In this document: in pieces, positions 1 to 8,791 of the stretch
Numbering within the stretch: position 1 is the stretch's first letter
Layout of the letters: every line of letters starts with the position of its first letter
Assembly (NCBI RefSeq): GCF_000284115.1
Contig: NC_017080.1
Coordinates: forward strand, 2,130,001 to 2,162,000
Source of the DNA: Phycisphaera mikurensis NBRC 102666
GTDB lineage: Bacteria > Planctomycetota > Phycisphaerae > Phycisphaerales > Phycisphaeraceae
Length of the DNA: 32,000 nucleotides
Direction of reading: 5' to 3'
Position numbers and translations under genes: made by a program
Notes under the pieces: model-generated
The model's database searches: none
What the model was told of the DNA's origin: nothing
What the model saw: the letters and a program-made list of their open reading frames with translations, nothing else

Positions 1-963
1 GATCAGGCGGAGGGCGGCGTTGACGTGCTCGCGGATGCCGCAGTCCAGCGCCGTCATCCGCAGCGGCTGGACCTCGCTGCGGCCGGTGCCGCCGTACGCG
101 ATCAACGAGAGCTCTTGCGGAACCCGAATCCCCGCCCGGGCGGCGGCCCCCGCGGCCGCATAGGCGAGCTCTTCGCCGATCACCAGCCAGCCGGTGGGGC
201 CCGCCGGCTCGCTGCGGAAGCGAGCGAGCATCTCGTGGTACCCGGTGACCTCCACGGGCACCTCCGGCGAGCGACGCACCCGCAGCAGATCCGGCGACCC
301 GGCCGCCTCGCCGCGGCCCAAGCCGATCGCCTCGCCCCAGACGCGGATCTCGTTCTCCAGCGTCGCGGATCCGAATTCGCCGTCGAGCACGACGAGCCCG
401 ATGCGGCGGTGGCCGTGCTCGCGGAGGTGGGCGACGCAGAGGTTGATCCCGCGCTCGTCGTCGCAGACCACCGAAGGCACGCCGGTCTGCTCGAGCCGGA
501 CCCCCAGCGACGCGACGCGGCCCCGGGCGCGGGTCATCGCCTGCCGCACCTCATCGAGCGGGTCGAAGTGCGCCCCGATCACCAGCGCCCGCTCCCCGCC
601 CTCGATGGCGGCCACCGCGATGTGCTCGTCGCCAACCATCATCCGGATGATCCGGGGATCCAGGCCGTGGGCGCGGGCCGCGGCGATCCCGTCGTGAACG
701 AAGGCCGTCGCCTGCGTCGTGTCCTCGGGCCCGTAGATGAGGCAGAGGCGGTCGCCGACGCGGTCCGCCGCCACGCCGGGCCGCACGAACACGCCGCGTG
801 GCTTCCGCTTCTCCACCAGCCCGTTGATCGTCAGCCGCTTGACCGCCTGCCGCACGGTGTTGCGGTGGAACCCGTACCGGTCGGAGAGTTCCTGCTCGGT
901 CGGAAGCTGGTCCCCCGGCCGCAGGCCGCCGGCCCGCAGCTCCCGCAGCAGGTCTTCGTACAC
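1..963 (-). CDS. GntR-type winged-helix regulator with a LacI/periplasmic-binding-protein-like effector domain; the C-terminus runs off the window start
   Basis: This ORF is missing from the track because it has no stop codon inside the window. My reverse-strand translation from the GTG at 963 reads VYEDLLRELRAGGLRPGDQLPTEQELSDRYGFHRNTVRQAVKRLTINGLVEKRKPRGVFV, a GntR HTH signature. It continues ...PGVAADRVGDRLCLIYGPEDTTQATAFVHDGIAAARAHGLDPRII..., which resembles a sugar-binding effector domain. GC3 is high. The overlapping + strand 810-aa ORF translates as Arg/Ala/Pro junk. The start codon is uncertain because the frame stays open upstream. Confidence 0.8.
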   Translation of the reverse strand, partial: MYEDLLRELRAGGLRPGDQLPTEQELSDRYGFHRNTVRQAVKRLTINGLVEKRKPRGVFVRPGVAADRVGDRLCLIYGPEDTTQATAFVHDGIAAARAHGLDPRIIRMMVGDEHIAVAAIEGGERALVIGAHFDPLDEVRQAMTRARGRVASLGVRLEQTGVPSVVCDDERGINLCVAHLREHGHRRIGLVVLDGEFGSATLENEIRVWGEAIGLGRGEAAGSPDLLRVRRSPEVPVEVTGYHEMLARFRSEPAGPTGWLVIGEELAYAAAGAAARAGIRVPQELSLIAYGGTGRSEVQPLRMTALDCGIREHVNAALRLI

Positions 964-987
964 GAGTTCGTGCTTCGCCTTGGTTCT

Positions 988-999
988 CGATCGCGATCG
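988..999. promoter_or_regulatory. Perfect 12-bp palindrome CGATCGCGATCG, 25 nt upstream of the regulator start; candidate autoregulatory operator
   Basis: Read directly from the sequence. A second palindrome, CCGGAT-GCG-ATCCGG, sits at 1060-1074 in the same intergenic region. The function is inferred from position only. Confidence 0.25.
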
Positions 1000-1212
1000 G
1001 CTTCTCCTGATGGTGCGGCCTCTTGGATGCGACGAGAGAGGGATCCGGCCCGGCTGATTCCGGATGCGATCCGGGCCGCTGGCGGGTCCGAGGGCGAGCG
1101 GGCTCGGCTCCGGAAGAGAAGCACGGGGCCTCGGCCAGGCCCAGCCTACCTCCCACGCGACGGCGTTGGCTGCGATCGCGGGGCCCGCGGGCGCGAGCAG
1201 CCCAGCGGTCTC

Positions 1213-2391
1213 TTAGAGGGTGGCGTCGGCGCGGCCGGCCGCCGCGTCGCCGAAGCGGGCGCGGATGGCGTCCACGGCGGCGTCGACCCGGGCGTTCCGC
1301 CCGCGGACCGCGGCGTCGAAGAGGCCCAGCTGCTCGCCGTCCGCGGCTTCCTGGAGAGGCCCGGCGGTGACGCCGAGCAGGCGCAGCGGGCGGAAGTGCC
1401 GGTGCGCCCAGGCGTCGAAGAGGGCGCCGGCGACGCGGCGGAGGTCGGCGGTGGCGTCGCTGGGCGGGGACACGACGGCGGAGCGGGTGACGGTCTTGAA
1501 GTCGCCGGTCCGAAGCTTCACGCTGACGCCGCGGGCGAGGAGGCCTCTGGCCCGCAGGCGTCGGGCGACCTCGTCGCATTGGGTGGCGAGCACGACGCGG
1601 GCCCGCTGGGGATCCGGCAGGTTGATGCCGAAGGTCCGCTCCTGGCCGACGGACTTCCGCCGGCCGCCGGTGGAGACGGGCCGCTCGTCGCGGCCGTGGG
1701 CGAGGTCGAGCAGGTGAGCCGCCTGGGCGGGGGAGAGGCCCAGGCCGCCGGTCGTCCCGGCGGCGCCCGCTGCGCGGAGGTCGGCGATCGTGCAGACGCC
1801 GCGACGCTGGAGCTTCTCGACGAGCGCGGGGCCGACGCCGGGGACGCGGCCGATGGGCAGCGGGGGGAGGATCCGATCGACGTCTCCGGGACCGATGACG
1901 GTGAGGCCGTCGGGCTTCTCCAGGTCGCTGGCCAGCTTCGCGAGGAACTTGTTGTGCGAGACGCCGACGCTCGCGACCAGGCCCGTCTCGGCGAAGACCT
2001 CACGCTTGAGCTTGAGCGCGACGTCGCGCGGGCTGCCGAACAGCTTCGCCGACCCGGTCACGTCGAGGAAGGCCTCGTCGACGGAGAGCGGCTGCACCAG
2101 CGGGGTCACCCGCTCCATCACCTCCCGGACCTTCCGCGAGGCGACGCGGATGGCGTCGCCGGAGACCTTCACGCAGACCGCTTGCGGGCACAGACGCAGC
2201 GCGACGGCGGTGGGCATGGCGCTCCGGCAGCCGAACACGCGGGCCTCGTAGGAGGCCGTCGTGACGACACCGCGGGGCCCGCCGCCGCCGGTGAGGACCG
2301 GCCTGCCGCGCAGGCTCGGATCGTCCCGCTGCGCGATCGCGGCGAAGAAGGCGTCCATGTCGAGGTGGAGGATGGCGCGGAGCGGCGGCAC
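1213..2391 (-). CDS. dinB: DNA polymerase IV (Y-family translesion polymerase)
   Basis: The 392-aa ORF starts at a GTG. The N-terminus RAILHLDMDAFFAAIAQRDDPSLRGRPV...TASYEARVFGCRSAMP...LSVDEAFLDVTGS matches the DinB/UmuC catalytic core, including the acidic residues DMD and DE. Confidence 0.95.
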   Translation of the reverse strand: MPPLRAILHLDMDAFFAAIAQRDDPSLRGRPVLTGGGGPRGVVTTASYEARVFGCRSAMPTAVALRLCPQAVCVKVSGDAIRVASRKVREVMERVTPLVQPLSVDEAFLDVTGSAKLFGSPRDVALKLKREVFAETGLVASVGVSHNKFLAKLASDLEKPDGLTVIGPGDVDRILPPLPIGRVPGVGPALVEKLQRRGVCTIADLRAAGAAGTTGGLGLSPAQAAHLLDLAHGRDERPVSTGGRRKSVGQERTFGINLPDPQRARVVLATQCDEVARRLRARGLLARGVSVKLRTGDFKTVTRSAVVSPPSDATADLRRVAGALFDAWAHRHFRPLRLLGVTAGPLQEAADGEQLGLFDAAVRGRNARVDAAVDAIRARFGDAAAGRADATL

Positions 2392-2453
2392 GCGGGGAGC
2401 GTACGGGCGATGGTCGGTGGGACGCCGACGCCGGCCGGCGGTAGATTCGCGGC

Positions 2454-3242
2454 ATGACCGGCCGTTGCGTCGCCATCGGGTTCCTCTGCGGGCTGCTCGC
2501 GCTGGGGGGCTGCCGCGGCCGCTCCTCGCTGGACGGCGCGGTGGTGCGGACGAGCGAGGTGCCGGCGGAGGGCTCGGTGCGGGGACGGCCGACGCTGGGC
2601 AGCCCCATCCGCATCGGCAACTCGTCCACGGCGCTCATCCCGTTCGCCTTGGGCGAGCCGAAGACCTTCGGCGATCGCTTCCGCCTGCCGACCAAGGAGA
2701 CGATCCGGGGCTGGTTCTTCGGGCCGCCGGTGCCGCGCGAGGGGAACCTCTTCGCGGGCCCCGGGCCCCAGGCGATCTACTGGCAGAACGCGGTCTTCGC
2801 CGACCCGCTGACCGGCCGCGCCGAGCCGCTGCTGCGGCACCGGGCGGTGATCGTGCAGGCGGTGCTGATCGACCGCCAGCAGGCGCCGGCGCTCGCGGAG
2901 GGTCTCTGGGCCTTCACCGTGGTCAGCCGCGACACCAACGGCGACGGGTGGCTGCGCGGCGACGACACCGGCGTCGTGCTGCTGACCTCGCCGACGGGCG
3001 CCTGGGCCCGGCTGGCGACCGGAGACAACGACGATCGAGGCGGCGAGCAGCTGGTGTCGATCAGCGAGCAGCCCGGCACGGCCTTCCTGCTCATGCGGCT
3101 CCGCCGCGACGCCGACGGCGACGGCCGCTTCACCACCGAGGATCCCGTGGAGCCTTGGGTGATCGACCCCGCCCGCGGCGGGCCCGCGGAGCGGCTGGTG
3201 CCGCTGGAGACGGTGGGACGCCTGGAGCGGCTGGCCCGGTGA
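2454..3242 (+). CDS. Hypothetical lipoprotein with two EF-hand/dockerin-like DxDGDG loops
   Basis: The signal peptide ends in the lipobox LALGGC (MTGRCVAIGFLCGLLALGGC). GC3 is high throughout. Two 12-residue loops are present: DTNGDGWLRGDD (nt 2931-2966) and DADGDGRFTTED (nt 3108-3143). Confidence 0.75.
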   Translation: MTGRCVAIGFLCGLLALGGCRGRSSLDGAVVRTSEVPAEGSVRGRPTLGSPIRIGNSSTALIPFALGEPKTFGDRFRLPTKETIRGWFFGPPVPREGNLFAGPGPQAIYWQNAVFADPLTGRAEPLLRHRAVIVQAVLIDRQQAPALAEGLWAFTVVSRDTNGDGWLRGDDTGVVLLTSPTGAWARLATGDNDDRGGEQLVSISEQPGTAFLLMRLRRDADGDGRFTTEDPVEPWVIDPARGGPAERLVPLETVGRLERLAR

Positions 3243-3461
3243 GGCGGGCCGCCGCCGGCCGGGGCGGAGTCGGACACGCCGGCGTCGGGAAGCGGAGCGG
3301 GCGTTGACGCACCGTGCGCGATTCTCCGACCGCCTCTGCGGGCGAGTCGTGCCCCTCGCTTCGTCGGCTGCATCGCCCTGCAGGAGCGGGGCTGCTCCGC
3401 CTCCTCACGAGGAACACGACCCGCGGACGCAGGCCAATCGGAGAACCGCGCACGATCCTCT

Positions 3462-3924
3462 AGGCTGCGCCCGCTGCGTGCGGTCGCGGCGGGACGCGAT
3501 CCCGTCGAGGAAAGTCCGGGCACGGCAGGACACGGCGGTGGGCAATCCCCACCGGGCGAGCCGGTGACGGCTCGCCAAGGGAAAGCGCCACAGAAAAGCC
3601 GGCGGGCACGCCGGCCGGTCGCGGGGTTCGAGCCCCGTGGTCGTACCGCCTCGATGGGCTCGGGCCCGGGAAGGTAAGGGTGAAAAGGTGCGGCAAGAGC
3701 GCACCGGGCGTCGGGCGACCGACGCCGGCAAGGCAAGCCCCGCCGCGTGCAAGCCCATGCAGCTCCCTCCGCCGATCTCTCGGCGACCGCTGGTCCGGCG
3801 GGAACGGCAGCGTTCGGGGAGCGGGTCGGGTGCTCGAGGCCGTCGGCGACGGCGGCCCCAGAGGAATGACCGCGTCGGGGGCTCGTTCCCCGGCAACAGA
3901 ACCCGGCTTATCGCGCAACGGCCG
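3462..3924 (+). ncRNA. rnpB: RNase P RNA, bacterial type A
   Basis: Universal conserved blocks are present: GAGGAAAGTCCGGGC at 3507-3521, GGTAAGGGTGAAAAGGTGCGGCAAGAGCGCACC at 3673-3705 and ACAGAACCCGGCTTATCG at 3896-3913. The 5' GGCTGCGC (3463-3470) can pair with GCGCAACGGCC (3913-3923) to form P1. Ends are approximate to about 10 nt. All track ORFs across this region are shadows. Confidence 0.9.
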
Positions 3925-3980
3925 GCACCTCCTTGACGGGGGGTGTCGGCTGCGCGGGGACGCTCCCGTACGATCCGCCC

Positions 3981-5048
<1,068 letters not shown>

Positions 5049-5174
5049 GGGGGGGGCATCCGCTTCGCGGATCAAGAGACGGAGAGACGGAGAGACGAAG
5101 ACGGGCAGGCGAGACATCGCTTCGCTCGTCCGCTCCCGGCTTCTGTCTTCGTCTCTTCGTCTCTTGCTCCCCCC
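5049..5174. repeat. Long imperfect inverted repeat closed by a G8/C6 clamp and built from tandem octamers (AGAGACGG on the left, GTCTCTTC on the right); it also contains the small hairpin ATCCGC-TTC-GCGGAT
   Basis: Read directly from the sequence. The G-run is at 5049-5056 and the small hairpin at 5058-5072. The left arm CAAGAGACGGAGAGACGGAGAGACGAAGAC is at 5073-5102, the right arm GTCTTCGTCTCTTCGTCTCTTG at 5145-5166, and the C-run at 5169-5174. The structure starts immediately after the korB stop codon. A terminator role is plausible but there is no T-tract. Confidence 0.6.
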
Positions 5175-5299
5175 GGTCCGACCCGGAGATGTTTCCAACG
5201 CGACCGATCCGCCGCGTGCCCCACCGCCGCCCAACCGCGCGTCTCCGTCTCTTCCCAAACCAGCCCGGCCGAAGGCCGATCGCTCTACCCTCCCCCCCT

Positions 5300-6100
5300 A
5301 TGAACCTGCCCTTCAACCCCCTCGCCCTCGCGGCCTCTTCCCCCGCGGCCGGCGTGAACTTCTCCGGGTCGCACACCGGGTCCGTCGCCAGCCACCTCGG
5401 CGACATGGACCCGCGCTTCCTGCCGGCGCAGCCGCGGAACGCGCCGCCGGGCATCGGCCGGTACCGGGAGATGACCATCGACGAGCTCCTGCTGGAGAAC
5501 CGGGTGATCTTCTTGATCGGCGAGATCCACCACGGCTCGGCCATGGGTGTGGTGATGCGCCTGCTGCACCTGCAGAACACCAAGCCCGGCCAGGACATCA
5601 ACCTCTACATCAACAGCCCCGGCGGGGCGGTCGACGACACGCTCGCGATGATCGACACGATGCACTTTCTCTCGTGCGACGTCGCGACGTACTGCATCGG
5701 CAAGGCGATGAGCGGCGGGGCGCTCACGCTCGCCGCCGGCACCAAGGGCAAGCGCTACTGCCTGCCGCACGCGAAGGTGATGATCCACCAGCCCTCCGGC
5801 GGCATCTACGGGCAGACGACCGACGTGCAGATCCAGGCCGAGGAGATCCTCAAGACCAAGGACGAGCTGAACCAGATGCTCGCCGAGTTCACGGGCCAGC
5901 CGCTGGAGCGGGTGACCGAGGACAGCGAGCGCGACCGCTTCTTCAACGCGGAGGAAGCGAAGGCGTACGGCCTCGTCGACGAGGTGATCGCCAAGCCCAA
6001 GGACGCCGCGGCCACCGGCGGCGGCGGCGGGCTGCCGGCCTCGGGCGTGCCCATCGACGGGGGAGACGGCGGATCGCCGGCGGGCCCGCAGACGGCGTGA
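5300..6100 (+). CDS. clpP: ATP-dependent Clp protease proteolytic subunit with extended N- and C-termini
   Basis: The core LENRVIFLIGEI...INSPGG...GKAMSGGALTL...MIHQPSGG...SERDRFFNAEEAKAYGLVDEV keeps the Ser-His-Asp triad positions. The start is ambiguous between the ATG at 5300 (MNLPF) and the ATG at 5405 (MDPRF). High GC3 is already present from 5300. Confidence 0.9.
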   Translation: MNLPFNPLALAASSPAAGVNFSGSHTGSVASHLGDMDPRFLPAQPRNAPPGIGRYREMTIDELLLENRVIFLIGEIHHGSAMGVVMRLLHLQNTKPGQDINLYINSPGGAVDDTLAMIDTMHFLSCDVATYCIGKAMSGGALTLAAGTKGKRYCLPHAKVMIHQPSGGIYGQTTDVQIQAEEILKTKDELNQMLAEFTGQPLERVTEDSERDRFFNAEEAKAYGLVDEVIAKPKDAAATGGGGGLPASGVPIDGGDGGSPAGPQTA

Positions 6101-6117
6101 GGCGGTCCGGGGTCCGC

Positions 6118-7056
6118 GTGACACCGCCCGAGGCAGCGAAGCCGCGCGACGGGGCCGGCCGTGGGCGCGTTGGCGCCTCCAGCCGGCTTGGCGCCACCCG
6201 CCCCGCCGCGCTGCTGTCGCTGCTGCTCGCCACGGCGGGCTGCGTGGGGGGCCCGCCGCCGCGGACCGCGGCGGTTCCGGGGCCGGAGGCGTCGCGGTCC
6301 GCGGATCCGCCTCGGAGCGCAGGAGCGGGCGCCGTCCTGCGGTCGGTGCTGGACGACGCGGCGATCGGCAAGCTCGTGGGCGGCTTCCGCACGGTCTGCG
6401 GCACCCGCGGCGAGGCGATCCGGGAGGTGGTGGAGGTGGCCGCCGGGGGCGAGGCGCTGCTCCTGCACACGCTGCTGCTCAGCGACCCGCCCGTGGCGGC
6501 GCGCTGGTTCGGCGAGGCCTGGACGCCGTCGCCCCAGCGGGTGCGGCGGGTCGCGAGCGACGGCCTCGTCGACGAGGTCGCCGCCGAGGCGGGTGCGGCT
6601 TGGCGGGTGCGGCTGACCGGACCGGCGGGGTTCCCGCTGGGCGATTTCGCCGGAGCGTGGACGCACGGCACCAAGGGCCCGTCCTTCACCGGGCGGTCGG
6701 CCGGCGGGCTGCGCCTCCCGCCGGTGCCCGGCGGCGGCGGCGGCGGCTGGCTGCCATCGGCGACGCTGCGGGTGGAACCGGCGGCGGGGCGGTGGTGGAT
6801 CGAGGACGACGCGGGCGAGCGTGCCTGGTCGAAGACGTCGCTCAAGGCCGATGTCGGGCCGCTGCCGCCCGGGCAGCCGGCGTTCTGGTCGGCGGTGGGC
6901 GAGCGGATCGATCGGCGGCTGGCCGCGGGACCGCTGCGGGTGTCGGCGGAGCCTTGGAGCGCCGCCTTCGCGGCCGCGGAGCGGGTCGCCCGCGGGGCGG
7001 TCGGCGCTGAAGAAGCGGCCGAGGAGCTGCTGGCTACGGTCGCGCCGGGGCGTTGA
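6118..7056 (+). CDS. Hypothetical lipoprotein
   Basis: This is the tail of the track ORF 5164..7056. From the GTG at 6118 the sequence reads ...RPAALLSLLLATAGC (lipobox), followed by a Pro/Ala linker and a domain I cannot assign. GC3 is high. The start is uncertain. Confidence 0.65.
   Translation: MTPPEAAKPRDGAGRGRVGASSRLGATRPAALLSLLLATAGCVGGPPPRTAAVPGPEASRSADPPRSAGAGAVLRSVLDDAAIGKLVGGFRTVCGTRGEAIREVVEVAAGGEALLLHTLLLSDPPVAARWFGEAWTPSPQRVRRVASDGLVDEVAAEAGAAWRVRLTGPAGFPLGDFAGAWTHGTKGPSFTGRSAGGLRLPPVPGGGGGGWLPSATLRVEPAAGRWWIEDDAGERAWSKTSLKADVGPLPPGQPAFWSAVGERIDRRLAAGPLRVSAEPWSAAFAAAERVARGAVGAEEAAEELLATVAPGR
6259..6304. repeat. 46-nt palindromic element, copy 1 (inside the lipoprotein CDS)
   Basis: The element reads CCGCGGACCG + 26 nt (CGGCGGTTCCGGGGCCGGAGGCGTCG) + CGGTCCGCGG. 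The arms extend to 12 bp, and the interior is also almost fully self-complementary. Confidence 0.8.
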
Positions 7057-8746
7057 GCCCGGTGGCGGCCGGGCCGCGCCGCACCCAGTGCTCGAGCCCG
7101 CCCACGCGGCCGTGGGGCTCGAATCCCGCCGCGAGCCAGGCGTCGACCACCGCGGCGACCGGGGCGTTCTTGCTCCGCGCGATGCCGAGGATGTCGGCGC
7201 TGAGCCACGCTTCGTCGACGTCGGCCGCCGCGAGCTCACGCGCGAAGCGTTCGTCCCAGCGGCGCGCGAGGTCTGCCGAGCCGGGGCTGCCGTGGACCGC
7301 GATGAGCACACGCGGGTAGTAGAAGGCGGTGGGCAGCGGGCGGCCCGAGAGCAGGTTGATCGAGGTGGCGTCGGCGAAGACGAACGCGGGCACGGCCTGG
7401 GGCTCCACGCCCGGAGGCACCTTTGCCCTCAGAGCGGCGGCGAGGGCCTCGGCCTCGGCGAAGGTGGTGCCCACGCCCGCGTTGAAGTCGGCGAGGTACG
7501 CCGCCCGCGGGGTGAAACCGGCGGCGGCCGCCGCGGGCTTCAGCTGGTTCGCCGCCTTGGCCGCGAGCGCGACGCCGACGGCGGCCGCGAGCACCAGCGA
7601 CGCGACCGACACCGGGCGGGGCACCGCGAGCCGGCCGCGCGCGAAGCCGCGGGCCGCGGTCCCGGCGGCGACGCCCGCGGTCGCGAGCGCGACGATCATC
7701 ACCGTGCCGTGCAGCCAGGAGAGGTGGTAGTTGAAGCCCTTGCCTTGCAGCAGGTACACCGCGAGCCCGGCGGGGAGCAGGACGAGCACGAGCCGCCGGG
7801 CGTCGGCGCCCGGGCCGGCCGCGCCGGCCCGGGCCGCGAGCAAGCCCAGGCCGACCAGGGCGGCGGTGCCGAAGACCGCCCACACGTCCGCCGCGAAGCG
7901 GCCGAGCAGCGCAAGCAGCGTGGCGGCGGGCAGGGCGTTGTCGCCCTGCGCGATCAGGTTGTAGACGAAAGCGGCGTCCACCAGCCCCGGCCACGGGGCC
8001 CCCTGCAGCCGCACGAGGACGAGCGCGATCAGCAGCGTGGCGGAGCCCCCGATGACGTTCCAACCCGCGCGCCGGAGGCCCCGCCCCAGCGGCTGCCCGC
8101 GGTGCAGCAGGTTGTGGACGAGAAGAGCGGGCGCTGCCACGAGCGCGAGCGGCTTGACCAGAACCGCGAACGCGACCAGCGCACCGACGCCGAGGTCGGC
8201 CGACGCCCGCGGCCGCCGCAGGGACGACACCTGCCACGCCGCGGCGAGCAGCGCCAGGTGGAAGCAGACCGCGTCGCGCTGGCCGCTGAACCAGTAGAGG
8301 CGCGGGTCGGCGTACACGAGCGGGTAGCCGAGCAGCACGGCGGCGGCGGCGACGGGGCCCAGTGCCGGCTTGAGCCACCGGGCGGTGGCCGCGGCGGCGG
8401 CGGCGGCGATCGCGAAGTCGAGCAGACGCCACGGGAAGACCGGCCCCTGTGGGAGCCACGCGATCGCCTGGTGCAGCCAGAACGCGCCCGGCCAGTTCAT
8501 GTCGATCACGCCGGCGTAGGGCGCCGCGCCGGCGTTCAGCCGCCACGCGACGTAGGTGAGCTCGAACTGGTCCGGGCTCGGCGGGACCAGGCCGTAGAGC
8601 CCCCCAAGGCCCAAGAAGAAGGTCGCGAGCAGCAAACCGCGGACCCGCCGCCGCCGGGGCGTTGCGCTCGCGACGCCCGCGGCGGCCGGCGCGTTGCTTC
8701 GCGTCGGGGTCCGGCGGTTCTCGGGACGGGGGGTGGCGGAGGGCAT
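7034..8746 (-). CDS. GT-C fold membrane glycosyltransferase (ArnT/PMT_2, GT39/GT83-like) with a C-terminal periplasmic domain
   Basis: The 570-aa protein has an Arg-rich N-terminus followed by about 10 or more hydrophobic helices. The first-loop segment SPDQFELTYVAWRLNAG resembles the DExRY-type motif of ArnT/PMT_2. A soluble tail of about 150 aa follows. The family call rests on pattern recognition, not on a search. Confidence 0.7.
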   Translation of the reverse strand: MPSATPRPENRRTPTRSNAPAAAGVASATPRRRRVRGLLLATFFLGLGGLYGLVPPSPDQFELTYVAWRLNAGAAPYAGVIDMNWPGAFWLHQAIAWLPQGPVFPWRLLDFAIAAAAAAATARWLKPALGPVAAAAVLLGYPLVYADPRLYWFSGQRDAVCFHLALLAAAWQVSSLRRPRASADLGVGALVAFAVLVKPLALVAAPALLVHNLLHRGQPLGRGLRRAGWNVIGGSATLLIALVLVRLQGAPWPGLVDAAFVYNLIAQGDNALPAATLLALLGRFAADVWAVFGTAALVGLGLLAARAGAAGPGADARRLVLVLLPAGLAVYLLQGKGFNYHLSWLHGTVMIVALATAGVAAGTAARGFARGRLAVPRPVSVASLVLAAAVGVALAAKAANQLKPAAAAAGFTPRAAYLADFNAGVGTTFAEAEALAAALRAKVPPGVEPQAVPAFVFADATSINLLSGRPLPTAFYYPRVLIAVHGSPGSADLARRWDERFARELAAADVDEAWLSADILGIARSKNAPVAAVVDAWLAAGFEPHGRVGGLEHWVRRGPAATGLNAPARP

Positions 8747-8791
8747 CGGGATCGGCCATGGTGGAGGAGACCCGGGAGGTCAGCCGCCGCT

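Noticed and set aside
1301-1313. Solo occurrences of the CCGCGGACCG core at 1301 (dinB; CCGCGGACCGCGG) and at 31421 (ABC permease).
   Set aside because: Neither has a partner arm at the 26-nt spacing, and both lie inside well-supported CDSs. I did not count them as element copies.
25-2457. An 810-aa + strand ORF across the regulator and dinB loci. Similar long ORFs occur at 12490..14631, 14531..16207, 16184..18331, 18485..20620, 21959..25132 and 22266..24881.
   Set aside because: Each is antisense or off-frame to a gene with clear family motifs, and the translations are low-complexity and Arg/Pro-rich. These are GC-driven artefacts.
3623-3637. GGGGTTCGAGCCCCG, a tRNA T-arm-like sequence.
   Set aside because: It lies inside rnpB and has no flanking acceptor, D or anticodon arms. 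It is a helix of the RNase P RNA, not a tRNA.
3933-3980. The TTG-start extension of korB. I also considered the in-frame ATG at 5189 as an extension of clpP and the ATG at 8694 as the start of the fusion gene.
   Set aside because: The korB extension abuts the 3' end of rnpB. The clpP extension would cross the third arm of the intergenic repeat structure. The fusion-gene extension would overlap the divergent GT-C start. The added residues are Arg/Pro/Gly-rich and look non-coding. These remain possible alternative starts.
5073-5102. Tandem octamers AGAGACGG, considered as a CRISPR array or microsatellite.
   Set aside because: The units are only 8 nt, directly abutting with no spacers, and there are no cas genes. 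I report them instead as part of the korB-clpP inverted-repeat structure.
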